A model generated the notes under the pieces. It was not told the origin of the DNA. It saw only the letters and a program-made list of their open reading frames with translations, and ran no database searches. Source: Macrostomum lignano (Eukaryota). From it: a stretch of 64,000 nt of DNA. A program made the translations under genes and the position numbers. Positions 13,406-25,439 of this stretch are shown here, piece after piece. Every line of letters begins with the position of its first letter. Within the stretch, counting starts at the first letter, position 1. The stretch lies in contig NIVC01000583.1 in assembly GCA_002269645.1 (NCBI GenBank), positions 124,001 to 188,000 on the forward strand, given 5' to 3'.

Positions 13406-13555
13406 GCCGAGCCAGTAGAGGCGGACATCGAGGATCTTCTGAAGTTGGCGTCAGCTGACGATGATGCCGCAGTAGGCGAGTTCCAGCTTCGCCAGAGTCG
13501 CCGATCGAACGTCGTGGTGGCCCGGCCGAAGAGACTTCGACAACAACAACAACAA

Positions 13556-13587
<32 letters not shown>

Positions 13588-14024
13588 ATCGGACGCCTGC
13601 ACCAACGGGCTCGCTAGCAAAGTCCCCGGCACCGAATGCGTCTATATTCGCACCTGGGGCTGCGCTCACAACACGTCGGACGGGGAATACATGGCCGGCT
13701 TGTTGTCCGCCTACGGCTATTCGGTCACCACCGACCAGCCTGACCAGGCCGACCTGTGGCTGCTCAACTCCTGCACGGTGAAGACTCCCGCTGAGCATCA
13801 CGCCAGGAATGAGATCCAGGCCGCCAGGCAGGCCGGCAAGGCCATTGTGGTGGCCGGCTGCGTGCCGCAGGGCCAGCCGGATGCCGCTTTCCTTCGCGGC
13901 GTCAGCCTGCTAGGCGTCGGTCAAGTTGGCCGAGTTGTCGAAGTTGTCGAAGAGACTCTGCGCGGCAACTCGGTGCGCCTGCTGGGCAAGGAGAAGTCGG
14001 CGACTAACGGCCGCAGGCTGCCGG
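13406..14024 (+). CDS. CDKAL1: CDKAL1 (tRNA-t6A37 methylthiotransferase) first coding exon; start codon ambiguous
   Basis: ttttgcag|GCC; [29 protein letters not shown] and VAGCVPQ (MTTase N-terminal Cys motifs); donor CCG G|gttggt. An in-frame ATG also exists at 13349 upstream of the acceptor. Confidence 0.92.
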
Positions 14025-14149
14025 GTTGGTGCCGGGGCGCGCATGTGCACTCTTGGGAGGCGCATTGGCTATCGCTTGTTGCTGTGGCCGCCTCACTCAG
14101 TATCTCTTTTCTCACTCCTGTGCTCACCATTCTTTCCCCCCTACCGTCT

Positions 14150-14565
14150 CCCCTCCTCTCACCTACCTACATGTGTCTTCTCCTTACTCTCTACCTGCCC
14201 TCCTCTTACTCTCTACCTACCCTTCTCTTGCTCTCTACCTACCCTCCTCTTACTCTCTACCTACCCTTCTCTTGCTCTCTATCTACCCTTCTCTTACTCT
14301 CTACCTGCCCTTCTCTTACTCTCTACCTACCCTTCTCTTACTCTCTACCTACCCTCCTCTTACTCTCTACCTACCCTCTTACTCTCTACCTACCCTTCTC
14401 TTACTCTCTACCTACCCTTCTCTTACTCTCTACCTACCCTTCTCTTACTCTCTACCTACCCTTCTCTTACTCTCAACCTACCCTCTTACTCTCTACCTAC
14501 CCTTCTCTTACTCTCAACCTACCCTCTTACTCTCTACCTACCCTTCTCTTACTCTCTACCTGTCC
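14150..14565. repeat. ~20-22 bp pyrimidine-rich minisatellite (ctctctacctacccttctctta)
   Basis: CDKAL1 intron 1. Confidence 0.9.
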
Positions 14566-14740
14566 TCTTTCTCATTGCTGTCTCATTACACTACTGCATA
14601 ATATTTCTTAATCTTACTTAATCTCTTTACCCTTCTGTCACTACCTGTGACTGAATGACCTTCCATCGTCCCCTATATATTTGTGTTTTGCCAGTCCCCA
14701 CAAGCCGCACTCATATCTGCGCTTGACTGCTTGATTGCAG

Positions 14741-15338
14741 GCCCGCCGCTGGACATGCCGAAGATTCGCCGCAATCCCCTAATAGAAATTGTGCCAATCA
14801 ACTCTGGCTGCCTGAACAGCTGCACCTATTGCAAAACTAAGCACGCCAGGGGCCAGCTGTCCAGCTATCAGCCCGATCAGATTGTACATCGGGTAGCGAG
14901 CGCCTTCGCCGAGACCCCTGACTGTGGCGGCGGGGCGTGCGAAGTTTGGCTAACTAGCGAAGACACGGGCGCCTACGGCATCGACATCGGCGTCGACTTG
15001 CCCAGCCTGCTAGACGCCGTTGTCGACGCAATCCCTAGCGGCGGCATGCTACGGCTAGGCATGACCAATCCGCCTTACATACTGCGCCACCTGCCCGCCG
15101 TGGCCCGCCTGCTGGCGCACCCCCGCGTGTACGCCTTCCTGCACGTGCCCGTCCAGTCCGGCTCGGACGCTGTGCTGGGCGAGATGCGCCGGGAATACAC
15201 TCTGGCCGACTTCTGCACTGTTGTTGACTATCTGCGAGACCGGGTGCCCGGCGGGGTTACCATAGCAACTGATATTATTGCCGGCTTCCCTACGGAGACT
15301 GAAGACGACTTTGAGGCTACGTGTAGGCTTATTGAGAA
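14741..15338 (+). CDS. CDKAL1: CDKAL1 exon 2 (radical SAM core)
   Basis: ttgcag|GC phase 1; [16 protein letters not shown] (CxxxCxxC), [32 protein letters not shown]; donor AA|gtgagt. Confidence 0.97.
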
Positions 15339-15382
15339 GTGAGTCATCCAGGCTAGTTCTCTGCTCCTGTTTGCGTCTTTTT

Positions 15383-15514
15383 GTGGGTTGCCTGTGCTGT
15401 GCTTTTGTCTCCTAGTGGGTTGCCTGTGCTGTGCTTCTGTCTCCTAGTGGGTTGCCTGTGCTGTGCTTCTGTCTCCTAGTGGGTTGCCTGTGCTGTGCTT
15501 CTGTCTCCCAGTGG
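15383..15514. repeat. 32-bp minisatellite, 4 copies
   Basis: gtgggttgcctgtgctgtgcttctgtctccta starts at 15383, 15415, 15447 and 15479. Confidence 0.9.
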
Positions 15515-15638
15515 ATGGCCCCTCCTCTAAACCTCTTAGTCTGTCAGTAGCGTTGCTCCTTCACTACCATTATCCTGAACATAACAGGTCGCTTTGAGAA
15601 TCTGACCATACATGAACTCACATGCACACTGCTCACAG

Positions 15639-15807
15639 GTACAAATTCCCTGTGCTGTTCATCAACCAGTTCTTCCCCCGGCCGGGCACCCCGGCAGCCC
15701 GGATGCACCGGGAGGCAACTCCAGCAGAAGTGAAAGACCGAACCCGACGATTGAACCAGCTGTTCCGCTCCTACACCAGCTATGACGATCAGCTGGGGAG
15801 CGTGCAG
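15639..15807 (+). CDS. CDKAL1: CDKAL1 exon 3
   Basis: cacag|G phase 2; [20 protein letters not shown]; donor CAG|gtcagt. Confidence 0.95.
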
Positions 15808-15902
15808 GTCAGTTTTTTACTAATTTGCTTCTACTGCCACTGTTAGTAGTCTATGGAGTAAGAATTGAATTGAAGCGTAATAAATTGAATTTTACACATG
15901 GG

Positions 15903-16070
15903 GCTTGGTGCTGGCGCCCCTTGGTGCTGGCGCCCCTTGGTGCTGGCGCCCCTTGGTGCTGGCGCCCCTTGGTGCTGGCGCCCCTTGGTGCTGGCGCCCC
16001 TTGGTGCTGGCGCCCCTTGGTGCTGGCGCCCCTTGGTGCTGGCGCCCCTTGGTGCTGGCGCCCTTGGTGC
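15903..16070. repeat. 16-bp minisatellite (cttggtgctggcgccc)
   Basis: About 10 near-perfect copies in CDKAL1 intron 3. Confidence 0.95.
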
Positions 16071-16584
16071 CCTATAGGAAAGCAGTATGCTAAAACCAGA
16101 ACTTTTTCTTTGCTTTACTTGGATAGAAAATGACCTATTTTATAAGTGTCTAGAGTCTGGGCTTCAAGGTTATTTTCAATCCAGCTTAGATCTTTGTTTA
16201 ACTTTCTGCGATTCCGAATAGAGGGGGGGAGAGAAGAGAAGAGAGAGAAGAAGAGAGAAAAGAAGAGGGGGTAGATAAGAGAAGAGAGGCGAGGCGAGAG
16301 GAGACGAGAGGAGAGAGGAGAGGAGAAGGAAGAGAAGAGAGGAGAGGGGTGAGAAGAGATGAGAGGGGAGAGGAGAAGGGAGAGAAGAGAAGAGAGGAGA
16401 GAAGGGAGGAGAGGGGAGAGGAGAGGAGATAAGTGGGGAGAAAAGAGAGCTGAGCAGAGACAAAGCTTGAGCGGGCCGGATTGCTATTGTGAAATTTGAA
16501 AAGGATAGCGAGTCTTCTCGGGCCGGATTGAGCCGAGCCTGGCTTATACACTGTTAACAGTAATCTCCCGCTCGCTCTCCGCAG

Positions 16585-16917
16585 GACATTCTAGTCACCG
16601 ATGTGTCCCACGATAAGCAGCACTGGGTCGGCCACAATAAGCGATACGAACAGATCCTACTGCCAATGAATCAGAACTGGCTGGGCCAGTGGATCCGGGT
16701 TCGAATCTTGGCCACGGGAAAGCATCACATGATGGCCGAACCGGTGGACTGCTCGTTTAATAGGAGTAGCTCAGCAGCTGGCGGAGCTCGACTGCAACCG
16801 GCTGTGAGCAGCTCGAGCACCGGGCACCTGCTGCTGCTGTCTGCTGGCCTCGCCCTGCTGTCGGGCTGCTTGCTGGCCTACAGACTGTCCAGGGGGAGGA
16901 CCGCTCCGCCCTGCTAG
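16585..16917 (+). CDS. CDKAL1: CDKAL1 terminal exon (TRAM domain and C-terminal membrane anchor)
   Basis: ccgcag|GAC phase 0; LVTD..HN..YEQILLP..GKHHM then hydrophobic tail LLLLSAGLALLSGCLLAY; TAG stop. The four exons total 1719 nt (572 aa plus stop). Confidence 0.92.
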   Translation, partial: DILVTDVSHDKQHWVGHNKRYEQILLPMNQNWLGQWIRVRILATGKHHMMAEPVDCSFNRSSSAAGGARLQPAVSSSSTGHLLLLSAGLALLSGCLLAYRLSRGRTAPPC

Positions 16918-16984
16918 ACTGGCTGGCTGACGCTGAGACACTTAAAAGACAGGCACTTACGAGTAAAACCTCAAGACACGAAGA

Positions 16985-17247
16985 CACTAACGACAGACAG
17001 ACAGACACTCGGACAGCCAGGCAGACAGACAGATGCTCGGACAGACAGGCAGACAGACAGATGCTCGGACAGACAGGCAGACAGACAGACACTCTGACAG
17101 ACAGACACTCGGACAGACAGACACTCGGACAGACAGACACTCGGACAGACAGACACTCGGACAGACAGACACTCGGACAGACAGACGGGCAGACATTCGG
17201 ACAGATAGACCGACAGACACTCGGACAGACGGACAGACAGACACTCG

Positions 17248-17279
<32 letters not shown>

Positions 17280-17306
17280 CTCGGACAGACAGACAGCCAG
17301 ACGGGC

Positions 17307-17343
<37 letters not shown>

Positions 17344-17365
17344 GCCAGACGGGCAGACAAACTGC
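16985..17365. repeat. (AGAC)n-derived compound repeat (agacactcggacagacagac)
   Basis: Directly downstream of the CDKAL1 stop. Confidence 0.9.
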
Positions 17366-17984
17366 AACAAACAGATACAAACAATGACTGCCAGAAGGAA
17401 GCTGGCAGAGGCTGATGAGGCAGAGACTGTTCTGTAATATCCGAGTATCCACTCAATTCTCTTGAACTCCATGCCATGCCCAGCGCAGCTATACAAGCCC
17501 AATGTAGCTGTTTGATAAACTGAAGCAATTTTCTCTATATTTTTCGTTTCCTGGTGTGCCTTTTGATTGAATTTATTTACTATTGCTAATGCTAATCTTG
17601 TGTCCTTTAATTCGCGGGCCCGTTCTCTATAATTATAGGTATAGAGAATAAGTATGGTTATAGTTCGGTTAACCTTGAAGTGAACTCTGTTCTGCGTAGA
17701 GTTTGATGTGCGCAGTTTAGAGTTTAAAAGCGAAGGAAGAGAAGAAATTGAGACGAAGATCAAATATAGCACACTCGAGGGCGCTTTAGTTGAGCATTGT
17801 GTATTCTTGTTGCTGCCCTAGCTCGGCAAGTGCTTAAAATTTCATTGCTCGTTTTATGTTTTGCTTTTCTCTTTTAGTAGTTGTGTGCCAGACGTTGCAA
17901 ACCCGTTTTTGGGGTATTGCGCATTTTTACGATAAAAAGCACTGGGGTCGTCAAAGCTTTATTTTGATATCACTATGAGTCTTG

Positions 17985-18533
17985 GCATCTGAGCAATTCT
18001 CCTTTTGTGTCATGGCATTTGAGCAATTCCCCTTTTGTGTCATGGCATCTGAGCAATTCCCCTTTTGTGTCATGGCATCTGAGCAATTCCCCCTTTGAGT
18101 CCTGGCATCTGAGCAATTCTCCTTTTGTGTCATGGAATCTGAGCAATTCTCCTTTTGTGTCATGGCATCTGAGCAATTCTCCTTTTGTGTCATGGAATCT
18201 GAGCAATTCTCCTTTTGTGTCATGGCATCTGAGCAATTCTCCTTTTGTGTCATGGCATCTGAGCAATTCCCCTTTTGTGTCATGGCATCTGAGCAATTCT
18301 CCTTTTGAGTCCTGGCATCTGAGCAATTCCCCTTTTGTGTCATGGCATCTGAGCAATTCTCCTTTTGTGTCATGGCATCTGAGCAATTCTCCTTTTGTGT
18401 CATGGCATCTGAGCAATTCTCCTTTTGTGTCATGGCATCTGAGCAATTCTCCTTTTGAGTCCTGGCATCTGAGCAATTCCCCTTTTGTGTCATGGCATCT
18501 GAGCAATTACCCTTTTGTGTCATGGCATCTGAG
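17985..18533. repeat. 30-bp minisatellite (ccttttgtgtcatggcatctgagcaattct)
   Basis: About 18 copies. Confidence 0.95.
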
Positions 18534-18613
18534 CAGTCTCCAATGAGCATTGGCGCATGATATGCAGTATAATGCATGTTAAAAATAGATTTGCACTTCA
18601 TTTGAGACAGTGG

Positions 18614-20013
18614 AGAACGGCGCAGTCATGCAGTGCCGTGTAAAGGTCGAGCTGTACTGCACAAGAACGGCGCAGTCATGCAGTGCCGTGTAAAGGTCAA
18701 GCTGTACTGCACAAGAACGGCGCAGTCATGCAGTGCCGTGTAAAGGTCGAGCTGTACTGCACAAGAACGGCGCAGTCATGCAGTGCCGTGTAAAGGTCAA
18801 GCTGTACTGCACAAGAACGGCGCAGTCATGCAGTGCCGTGTAAAGGTCGAGCTGTACTGCACAAGAACGGCGCAGTCATGCAGTGCCGTGTAAAGGTCGA
18901 GCTGTACTGCACAAGAACGGCGCAGTCATGCAGTGCCGTGTAAAGGTCGAGCTGTACTGCACAAGAACGGCGCAGTCATGCAGTGCCGTGTAAAGGTCGA
19001 GCTGTACTGCACAAGAACGGCGCAGTCATGCAGTGCCGTGTAAAGGTCGAGCTGTACTGCACAAGAACGGCGCAGTCATGCAGTGCCGTGTAAAGGTCGA
19101 GCTGTACTGCACAAGAACGGCGCAGTCATGCAGTGCCGTGTAAAGGTCGAGCTGTACTGCACAAGAACGGCGCAGTCATGCAGTGCCGTGTAAAGGTCGA
19201 GCTGTACTGCACAAGAACGGCGCAGTCATGCAGTGCCGTGTAAAGGTCAAGCTGTACTGCACAAGAACGGCGCAGTCATGCAGTGCCGTGTAAAGGTCGA
19301 GCTGTACTGCACAAGAACGGCGCAGTCATGCAGTGCCGTGTAAAGGTCGAGCTGTACTGCACAAGAACGGCGCAGTCATGCAGTGCCGTGTAAAGGTCGA
19401 GCTGTACTGCACAAGAACGGCGCAGTCATGCAGTGCCGTGTAAAGGTCGAGCTGTACTGCACAAGAACGGCGCAGTCATGCAGTGCCGTGTAAAGGTCGA
19501 GCTGTACTGCACAAGAACGGCGCAGTCATGCAGTGCCGTGTAAAGGTCGAGCTGTACTGCACAAGAACGGCGCAGTCATGCAGTGCCGTGTAAAGGTCGA
19601 GCTGTACTGCACAAGAACGGCGCAGTCATGCAGTGCCGTGTAAAGGTCGAGCTGTACTGCACAAGAACGGCGCAGTCATGCAGTGCCGTGTAAAGGTCGA
19701 GCTGTACTGCACAAGAACGGCGCAGTCATGCAGTGCCGTGTAAAGGTCGAGCTGTACTGCACAAGAACGGCGCAGTCATGCAGTGCCGTGTAAAGGTCGA
19801 GCTGTACTGCACAAGAACGGCGCAGTCATGCAGTGCCGTGTAAAGGTCGAGCTGTACTGCACAAGAACGGCGCAGTCATGCAGTGCCGTGTAAAGGTCGA
19901 GCTGTACTGCACAAGAACGGCGCAGTCATGCAGTGCCGTGTAAAGGTCGAGCTGTACTGCACAAGAACGGCGCAGTCATGCAGTGCCGTGTAAAGGTCAA
20001 GCTGTACTGCACA
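18614..20013. repeat. 50-bp tandem array, 28 near-identical copies
   Basis: agaacggcgcagtcatgcagtgccgtgtaaaggtc[g/a]agctgtactgcaca; only one variable position seen. Confidence 0.97.
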
Positions 20014-22482
20014 AACTGGAAAGAACTAGCTGGCTACAGGCAAGGACAGCTTTAGAAAACTGTCCATCTACTGCTCGGTGGAACAACAAAAAAGCACGAT
20101 ATGAGAATGAAAAACACCAGGAACAATATCAGACACTAAAAGCAGCCTCGGGCAGCTGGTTCTACGAGCTAGCCAAAATAGACTGCAATTGGGTCCTCGG
20201 GTGCGAAATATTCCAATTGCCTAGGCTGGCAAGTTCTGACGAACTCCATATAGAACTGTCTTCGCTGTGTGTGCAATACGCAAAACATCCACTGCGCTTG
20301 GTAAACACTTCGACTGTTTGAGTAGATTTTGTTTGCTCAGCTCCAGCCTTTACGAGGTATAAACGAGGTCTGGCGATCAGCAGTATTCGAATTCATTACT
20401 GAATATTTATTTTGATTGTTTACACGGTTTCTTAGAATGCAAAACACTCGCTTGCTGTGGGTCTGGAATCGAAATTGAGAATACGAAATATACAATATAC
20501 GAGTATTCTCGTAGCATTTCGCGGTCTACTTAACGCAGCGAGCAAATAACTTCACGCCAGACGGCAGAAGAATGGTACCATAAAAATTATAAAAATGTAT
20601 CTATGTGCAAAAATCTCTGTCGAAATAGAATGTATAACTTTGTTTATTTTGAATTTCAAATCTGCGCGTGCGCAAGGAAGCCTCTCTGCTTGCTTCACCC
20701 CTCAGGAAGCGACACTCCTAAAGAAGACCATAGTTTTTGAGACTAAACTTGTACACATTTAAGAGTAGAGATGAGGGGGAGGGAGGAGAGAGAAGGGAGA
20801 AAGTAGAGAGATGAGAGAAGAGAGAATGGATCAAAGAGTAGAGAGGAAAGTAATGAGGACAAAGCAGAGTAGAGATGAGAGTGCAGAGACGAGAGAGGAG
20901 AGAAGAGGGATAAGAGAGTAGAGGAGAGAGAAGACAAGAGAAACGAGGAGAGAGAATTGAGGGAAGAGGAAGGAGAGAGAAGACGAGATGATAGATGAGA
21001 TGAGAAAAGAAAGGAGAGGAGAGAGGAAGACGAGAAGAGTGAGGAGAGAGCAGAGGAAGATGGGACTCCGGTCATGGGATTCAGGTGATGGATTTCAGGA
21101 AATGGAATTCTGGCGATGGGAGTTCTGTCCCATTTCTCCTCCATAGGAGTTTCACTCGTTACTTATACAGCTGCGATTGCAGCTTTAGCCGCTCGGCAGG
21201 CCATAAATAAACAATTTTTATCATAGATGGCATGCCTTTAGTTTGCGCTAGCAGGTTTGACTGAGTGTTCAGTCTTTCTTTCAGACTTTTCGATTGTACG
21301 CTCGTATAGCTTCTGGCTCAGTTTTTAAGTTGGGCCAGCTTCTATTAACATACGTTTTTAGTTTTTGTGAACTGTTTATCTTCAGTGTGAACTACCAGCA
21401 CGATCTTCCAGCTGGAAGGATGTCACTGTAAATAAGATGTACAGGTGTACAGATGTACACGTACTTGAACGGAATCCAAGCCGTACTTGACACAAATTAA
21501 AATAGAATTTAGAGATTTAGTATATAGCACAAACTTCTAGTTGTGACAAGGGTTGAGAAACAAGAATGTTTTGAAAAAGTTTTGCGTTTATTTTGATAAA
21601 ATATTCTTTAGCAAATCTTGCCCTTGCGAATGTTATTGAGGTGACACTCCCAATTGAGAACTGGAAAGGTTGTCCCGAAGTGCAACATTGTATATAGAAA
21701 TTAATGGATAATATTAAATAGAAGCCAGATGTATTACCGATAATATTCACGAATATCCGTGCAAAAAACAACAGAAAATAAATGAACAGGCTATAAACTA
21801 CGCACGATTAAACAATGAAACAGCAATTAACTATCGCAGAGGAAAATTAGTATCAGTCACAGAATGACAAAACTTTGTAAATTGCATAATAAAAAAAGAT
21901 TTGTCGCAAAAGTTTTAAGCGATCGGTCGTCATTCTAAATCAAAACGCCAATCTATTCTACTACAACTAGATTTAATTATAACAGCGATCTCTACTGTGT
22001 TAGCAGCAAATACATGACTACATTGGTTACAACAGAAAGAGAAAAGAAACAACAAAGCAAGACATGAAGAAGACATGAAAAAGCAAACCCTATTATTGCA
22101 GCGAGAAAATTGACAATAACTAATTGCCAATTTAGTGAGAATTGCTACAGAGCTGAAACGCACAGAGCAATTGTGGAAATCTACACGAAAAATCTCGGGG
22201 TGCAACTCCTGTAACGTACGCCTGTGTGTATGACGGACTAGGCCTTGCGCTCGCGAAACAGCCATTATTATTGGGGGTGGCTTTAGAATTATCTAGTAAT
22301 TAAAAGATTAATATAAATCGCAATAGATAATTACTGGGCGGTGGGAAATCAAATGTTGGTTACAAAATTCAAAGCTATAAAAGGTCGATCCCATGATATG
22401 GAATTAGATTTGGAATATCAAGTCAGGATAGCAAAAAGTCACAGCTGACACCCACTCCCTTCTGTACTTTCCTTATTGATTG

Positions 22483-23555
22483 CGCCGAACCCCTCACACC
22501 CCATTCTGTCCTACCCCTGATTGCGTGGAAACCCTCACACCCACCCCATTCTGTCCTTCCACCCCTGAATGCGCGGAAACCCTCACACCCACCCCATTCT
22601 GTCCTTCCACCCCTGAATGCGCGGAAACCCTCACACCCACCCCATTCTGTCCTTCCACCCCTGATTGCGTGGAAACCCTCACACCCAGCCCATTCTGTCC
22701 TTCCACCCCTGATTGCGTGGAAACCCTCACACCCACCCCATTCTGTCCTTCCACCCCTGAATGCGCGGAAACCCTCACACCCACCCCATTCTGTCCTTCC
22801 ACCCCTGAATGCGCGGAAACCCTCACACCCACCCCATTCTGTCCTTCCACCCCTGAATGCGCGGAAACCCTCACACCCACCCCATTCTGTCCTTCCACCC
22901 CTGAATGCGCGGAAACCCTCACACCCACCCCATTCTGTCCTTCCACCCCTGATTGCGTGGAAACCCTCACACCCAGCCCATTCTGTCCTTCCACCCCTGA
23001 TTGCGTGGAAACCCTCACACCCACCCCATTCTGTCCTTCCACCCCTGAATGCGCGGAAACCCTCACACCCACCCCATTCTGTCCTTCCACCCCTGAATGC
23101 GCGGAAACCCTCACACCCACCCCATTCTGTCCTTCCACCCCTGAATGCGCGGAAACCCTCACACCCACCCCATTCTGTCCTTCCACCCCTGATTGCGTGG
23201 AAACCCTCACACCCACCCCATTCTGTCCTTCCACCCCTGAATGCGCGGAAACCCTCACACCCACCCCATTCTGTCCTTCCACCCCTGATTGCGTGGAAAC
23301 CCTCACACCCACCCCATTCTGTCCTTCCACCCCTGAATGCGCGGAAACCCTCACACCCACCCCATTCTGTCCTTCCACCCCTGATTGCGTGGAAACCCTC
23401 ACACCCACCCCATTCTGTCCTTCCACCCCTGAATGCGCGGAAACCCTCACACCCACCCCATTCTGTCCTTCCACCCCTGATTGCGCGGAAACCCTCACAC
23501 CCACCCCATTCTGTCCTTCCAACCCTGATAGCGGCGAACGCCTCACACCCACTCC
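22483..23555. repeat. 48-bp minisatellite
   Basis: acccctgaatgcgcggaaaccctcacacccaccccattctgtccttcc, about 22 copies. Confidence 0.96.
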
Positions 23556-23891
23556 GTTCAACTCTACTCCGGCGAAATCCTACAAAATAGTTAATAATAG
23601 AGGAATGCTTAGTAAAATACGGGTAGGAGGATCGCGCAAGATACAAAAATTTCTACGAGCTTAATGTCATGGGCGTCTAAACTAGGGTACAGATATTGAC
23701 AGATATAGCAAAAAATCAAATATAAAATGAAAAATCAAAGAAAGAATCTGTTCGACACAACCCAAAACGAAATCTAGACGTACAGCCGAGATGACAAGTT
23801 CTAAGGAACCTGTGGCTACAGAAACGCGCCATCGCTTGGTGACTAAACAACAGTAACTTTAAAAAAATTCCGAAATGACGATAAATATTAT

Positions 23892-24248
23892 TCAAGGCTC
23901 CGAGGTGTTCAACAGCAGGCGACCGTTGTTACCAGGCGAGTCGCCGGTGAGCACACCGGAGGCGTCGAACTCCGTGTCGCTTTCCTCAAGATCCGACATG
24001 TTGCCATTGTTGCTGCTAGACTTAATTAGCCGCTCCATGCTCACCTCGCGGTGCTGACCACCAGAGGCGCTCAAGCTGGCGCCTTTGCCGTGGTAGCGGC
24101 CCAGAATGAGAGCTAGGCAGAGCTGCAGAAAGAACACGCCAAACATGTGCCAGCCGAATATTATTGTGGCTATCATCACGTTGGCGTGCATGTCGCCCTG
24201 CTCAAACTGCTTCAGGCCGGGCAGCGGAGGGTATAGCATGGCGCCAAC
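23892..24248 (-). CDS. TMEM45: TMEM45-like terminal exon
   Basis: cctcag|GTT; VGAMLYPP..ANVMIATIIFGWH then an acidic tail and stop at 23892; the spliced total is 316 aa. Confidence 0.88.
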   Translation of the reverse strand, partial: VGAMLYPPLPGLKQFEQGDMHANVMIATIIFGWHMFGVFFLQLCLALILGRYHGKGASLSASGGQHREVSMERLIKSSSNNGNMSDLEESDTEFDASGVLTGDSPGNNGRLLLNTSEP

Positions 24249-24324
24249 CTGAGGCCAGGTGAGCGGGTGAGAATAACTTAGCACATTATTAAGTCAAACA
24301 GTTATTACACAAATCGACTCTCAC

Positions 24325-24471
24325 CTGAATGAACCAGGTGCCCTGTAGGCCAACAAAGAAGCAGCGCGAAAGACTGGCTACAATTGAATTTTGAAACTTC
24401 ATCTCCAGCATCAGAGAGAGTACGCAGGCCCAAACAACGTAAACTAGCAGGGTGTGCACAACAATGTCCAC
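24325..24471 (-). CDS. TMEM45: TMEM45-like exon 3
   Basis: ttccag|GTG..CAG|gtgaga, phase 0/0; LQGTWFIQ matches the family motif LQGTWFWQ. Confidence 0.9.
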
Positions 24472-24564
24472 CTGGAACAGATAAAGTTACAAGCGTTGTC
24501 TGATATTGTAAACCAATTTAACTGTTGTTTACTATTTACTGTTGTATTTAACACAACTTGGAAG

Positions 24565-24810
24565 ACACCCACCACCCCACGCCTCGTGCTTATCTTTCCT
24601 ATCCTGCCAGACACCCACCACCTCACGCCTCCTGCTTATCTTACTACCCTGCAGACACCCACCACCTCACGCCTCCTGCTTATCTTTTCTATCCTGCCAG
24701 ACACCCAACCACCTCACGCCTCCTGCTTATCTTCCTACCCTGCAGACACCCACCACCTCACGCCTCCTGCTTATCATTCCTACCCTGCAGACACCCCACC
24801 ACCTCACGCT
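24565..24810. repeat. ~45-bp minisatellite in a TMEM45 intron
   Basis: cagacacccaccacctcacgcctcctgcttatc.., about 5-6 copies. Confidence 0.88.
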
Positions 24811-24883
24811 TTCTTTTGTCTTTTCTCTAATCAACTGCGATGAATAAAAGTGCTGAAACTTGGGAAGATATAATTACACTAAC

Positions 24884-25132
24884 CTTAGTGCGGCCATGCA
24901 AGTGGAACATAAATAGTACACCTTCTACAGCGAAGCACAGAGCGCTAAACACGTAATCCGTGTACTTTGGCAATGGGGCCTTACAGTGCATAAGTAGGTC
25001 AATAATGCCAGAGAATCCGAACACAGAAAACATAGTAGCATGCTGGCCGTTTCCAATGTGGACAAACGATCCAGTCTGATGATCGATGCCAGTCACAATC
25101 TCGCCAATAAGGCCTACAGTGCAGCAGGACAC
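24884..25132 (-). CDS. TMEM45: TMEM45-like exon 2
   Basis: aacag|GTG..AAG|gttagt, phase 0/0; NGQHATMFSVFGFSGIIDLL and VEGVLFMFHLHGR match TMEM45 motifs (NWQHSTMY, EGFLFYYHVHNR). Confidence 0.9.
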
Positions 25133-25241
25133 CTGTTTGAAAAAAATTCAGTTCATGAATTAGAGAACTTGTCAGCAATATTACTCAATAGTAGGCTTAT
25201 GTTAGTGGCGTAGAGTTGCATAAACATGCAGCACTTATTAC

Positions 25242-25439
25242 CTTCAAGATGCCCTCCCATTGAAAGCTGCTACAGCAGCCAGGCCGACAGCAGATGCAGG
25301 AGTATGTGGCAGTTGACTGATAGGCAGGGCCCTTTCTATACTTGGCGCGATAGTATCTATTCAGCATTGCAAAAGTCCACCAGATAGAGAAACCCAGGAA
25401 AAATGAACCTGGCAAAAAATGGCCCATAAAGGTACCCAT
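25242..25439 (-). CDS. TMEM45: TMEM45/DUF716 family membrane protein, exon 1
   Basis: ATG at 25439; MGTFMGHFLPGSFF resembles the TMEM45 N-terminus (GHALPGSFF); donor AAG|gtaata. Confidence 0.88.

Noticed and set aside
18614-20013. 50-bp array as a CRISPR array or hammerhead-ribozyme satellite
   Set aside because: Head-to-tail copies with no unique spacers, no cas genes and a eukaryotic context; the unit lacks the hammerhead CTGANGA and GAAA cores.
16220-21060. GA-rich tracts at 16220-16450 and 20765-21060 as Ser/Leu-rich ORFs
   Set aside because: Low-complexity purine tracts with no coding signal.
22423-23664. 350-400 aa Cys/Thr/Pro or Gly-rich repeat proteins
   Set aside because: Several frames on both strands are open only because the 48-bp unit has few stops; no splice signals or domain support.
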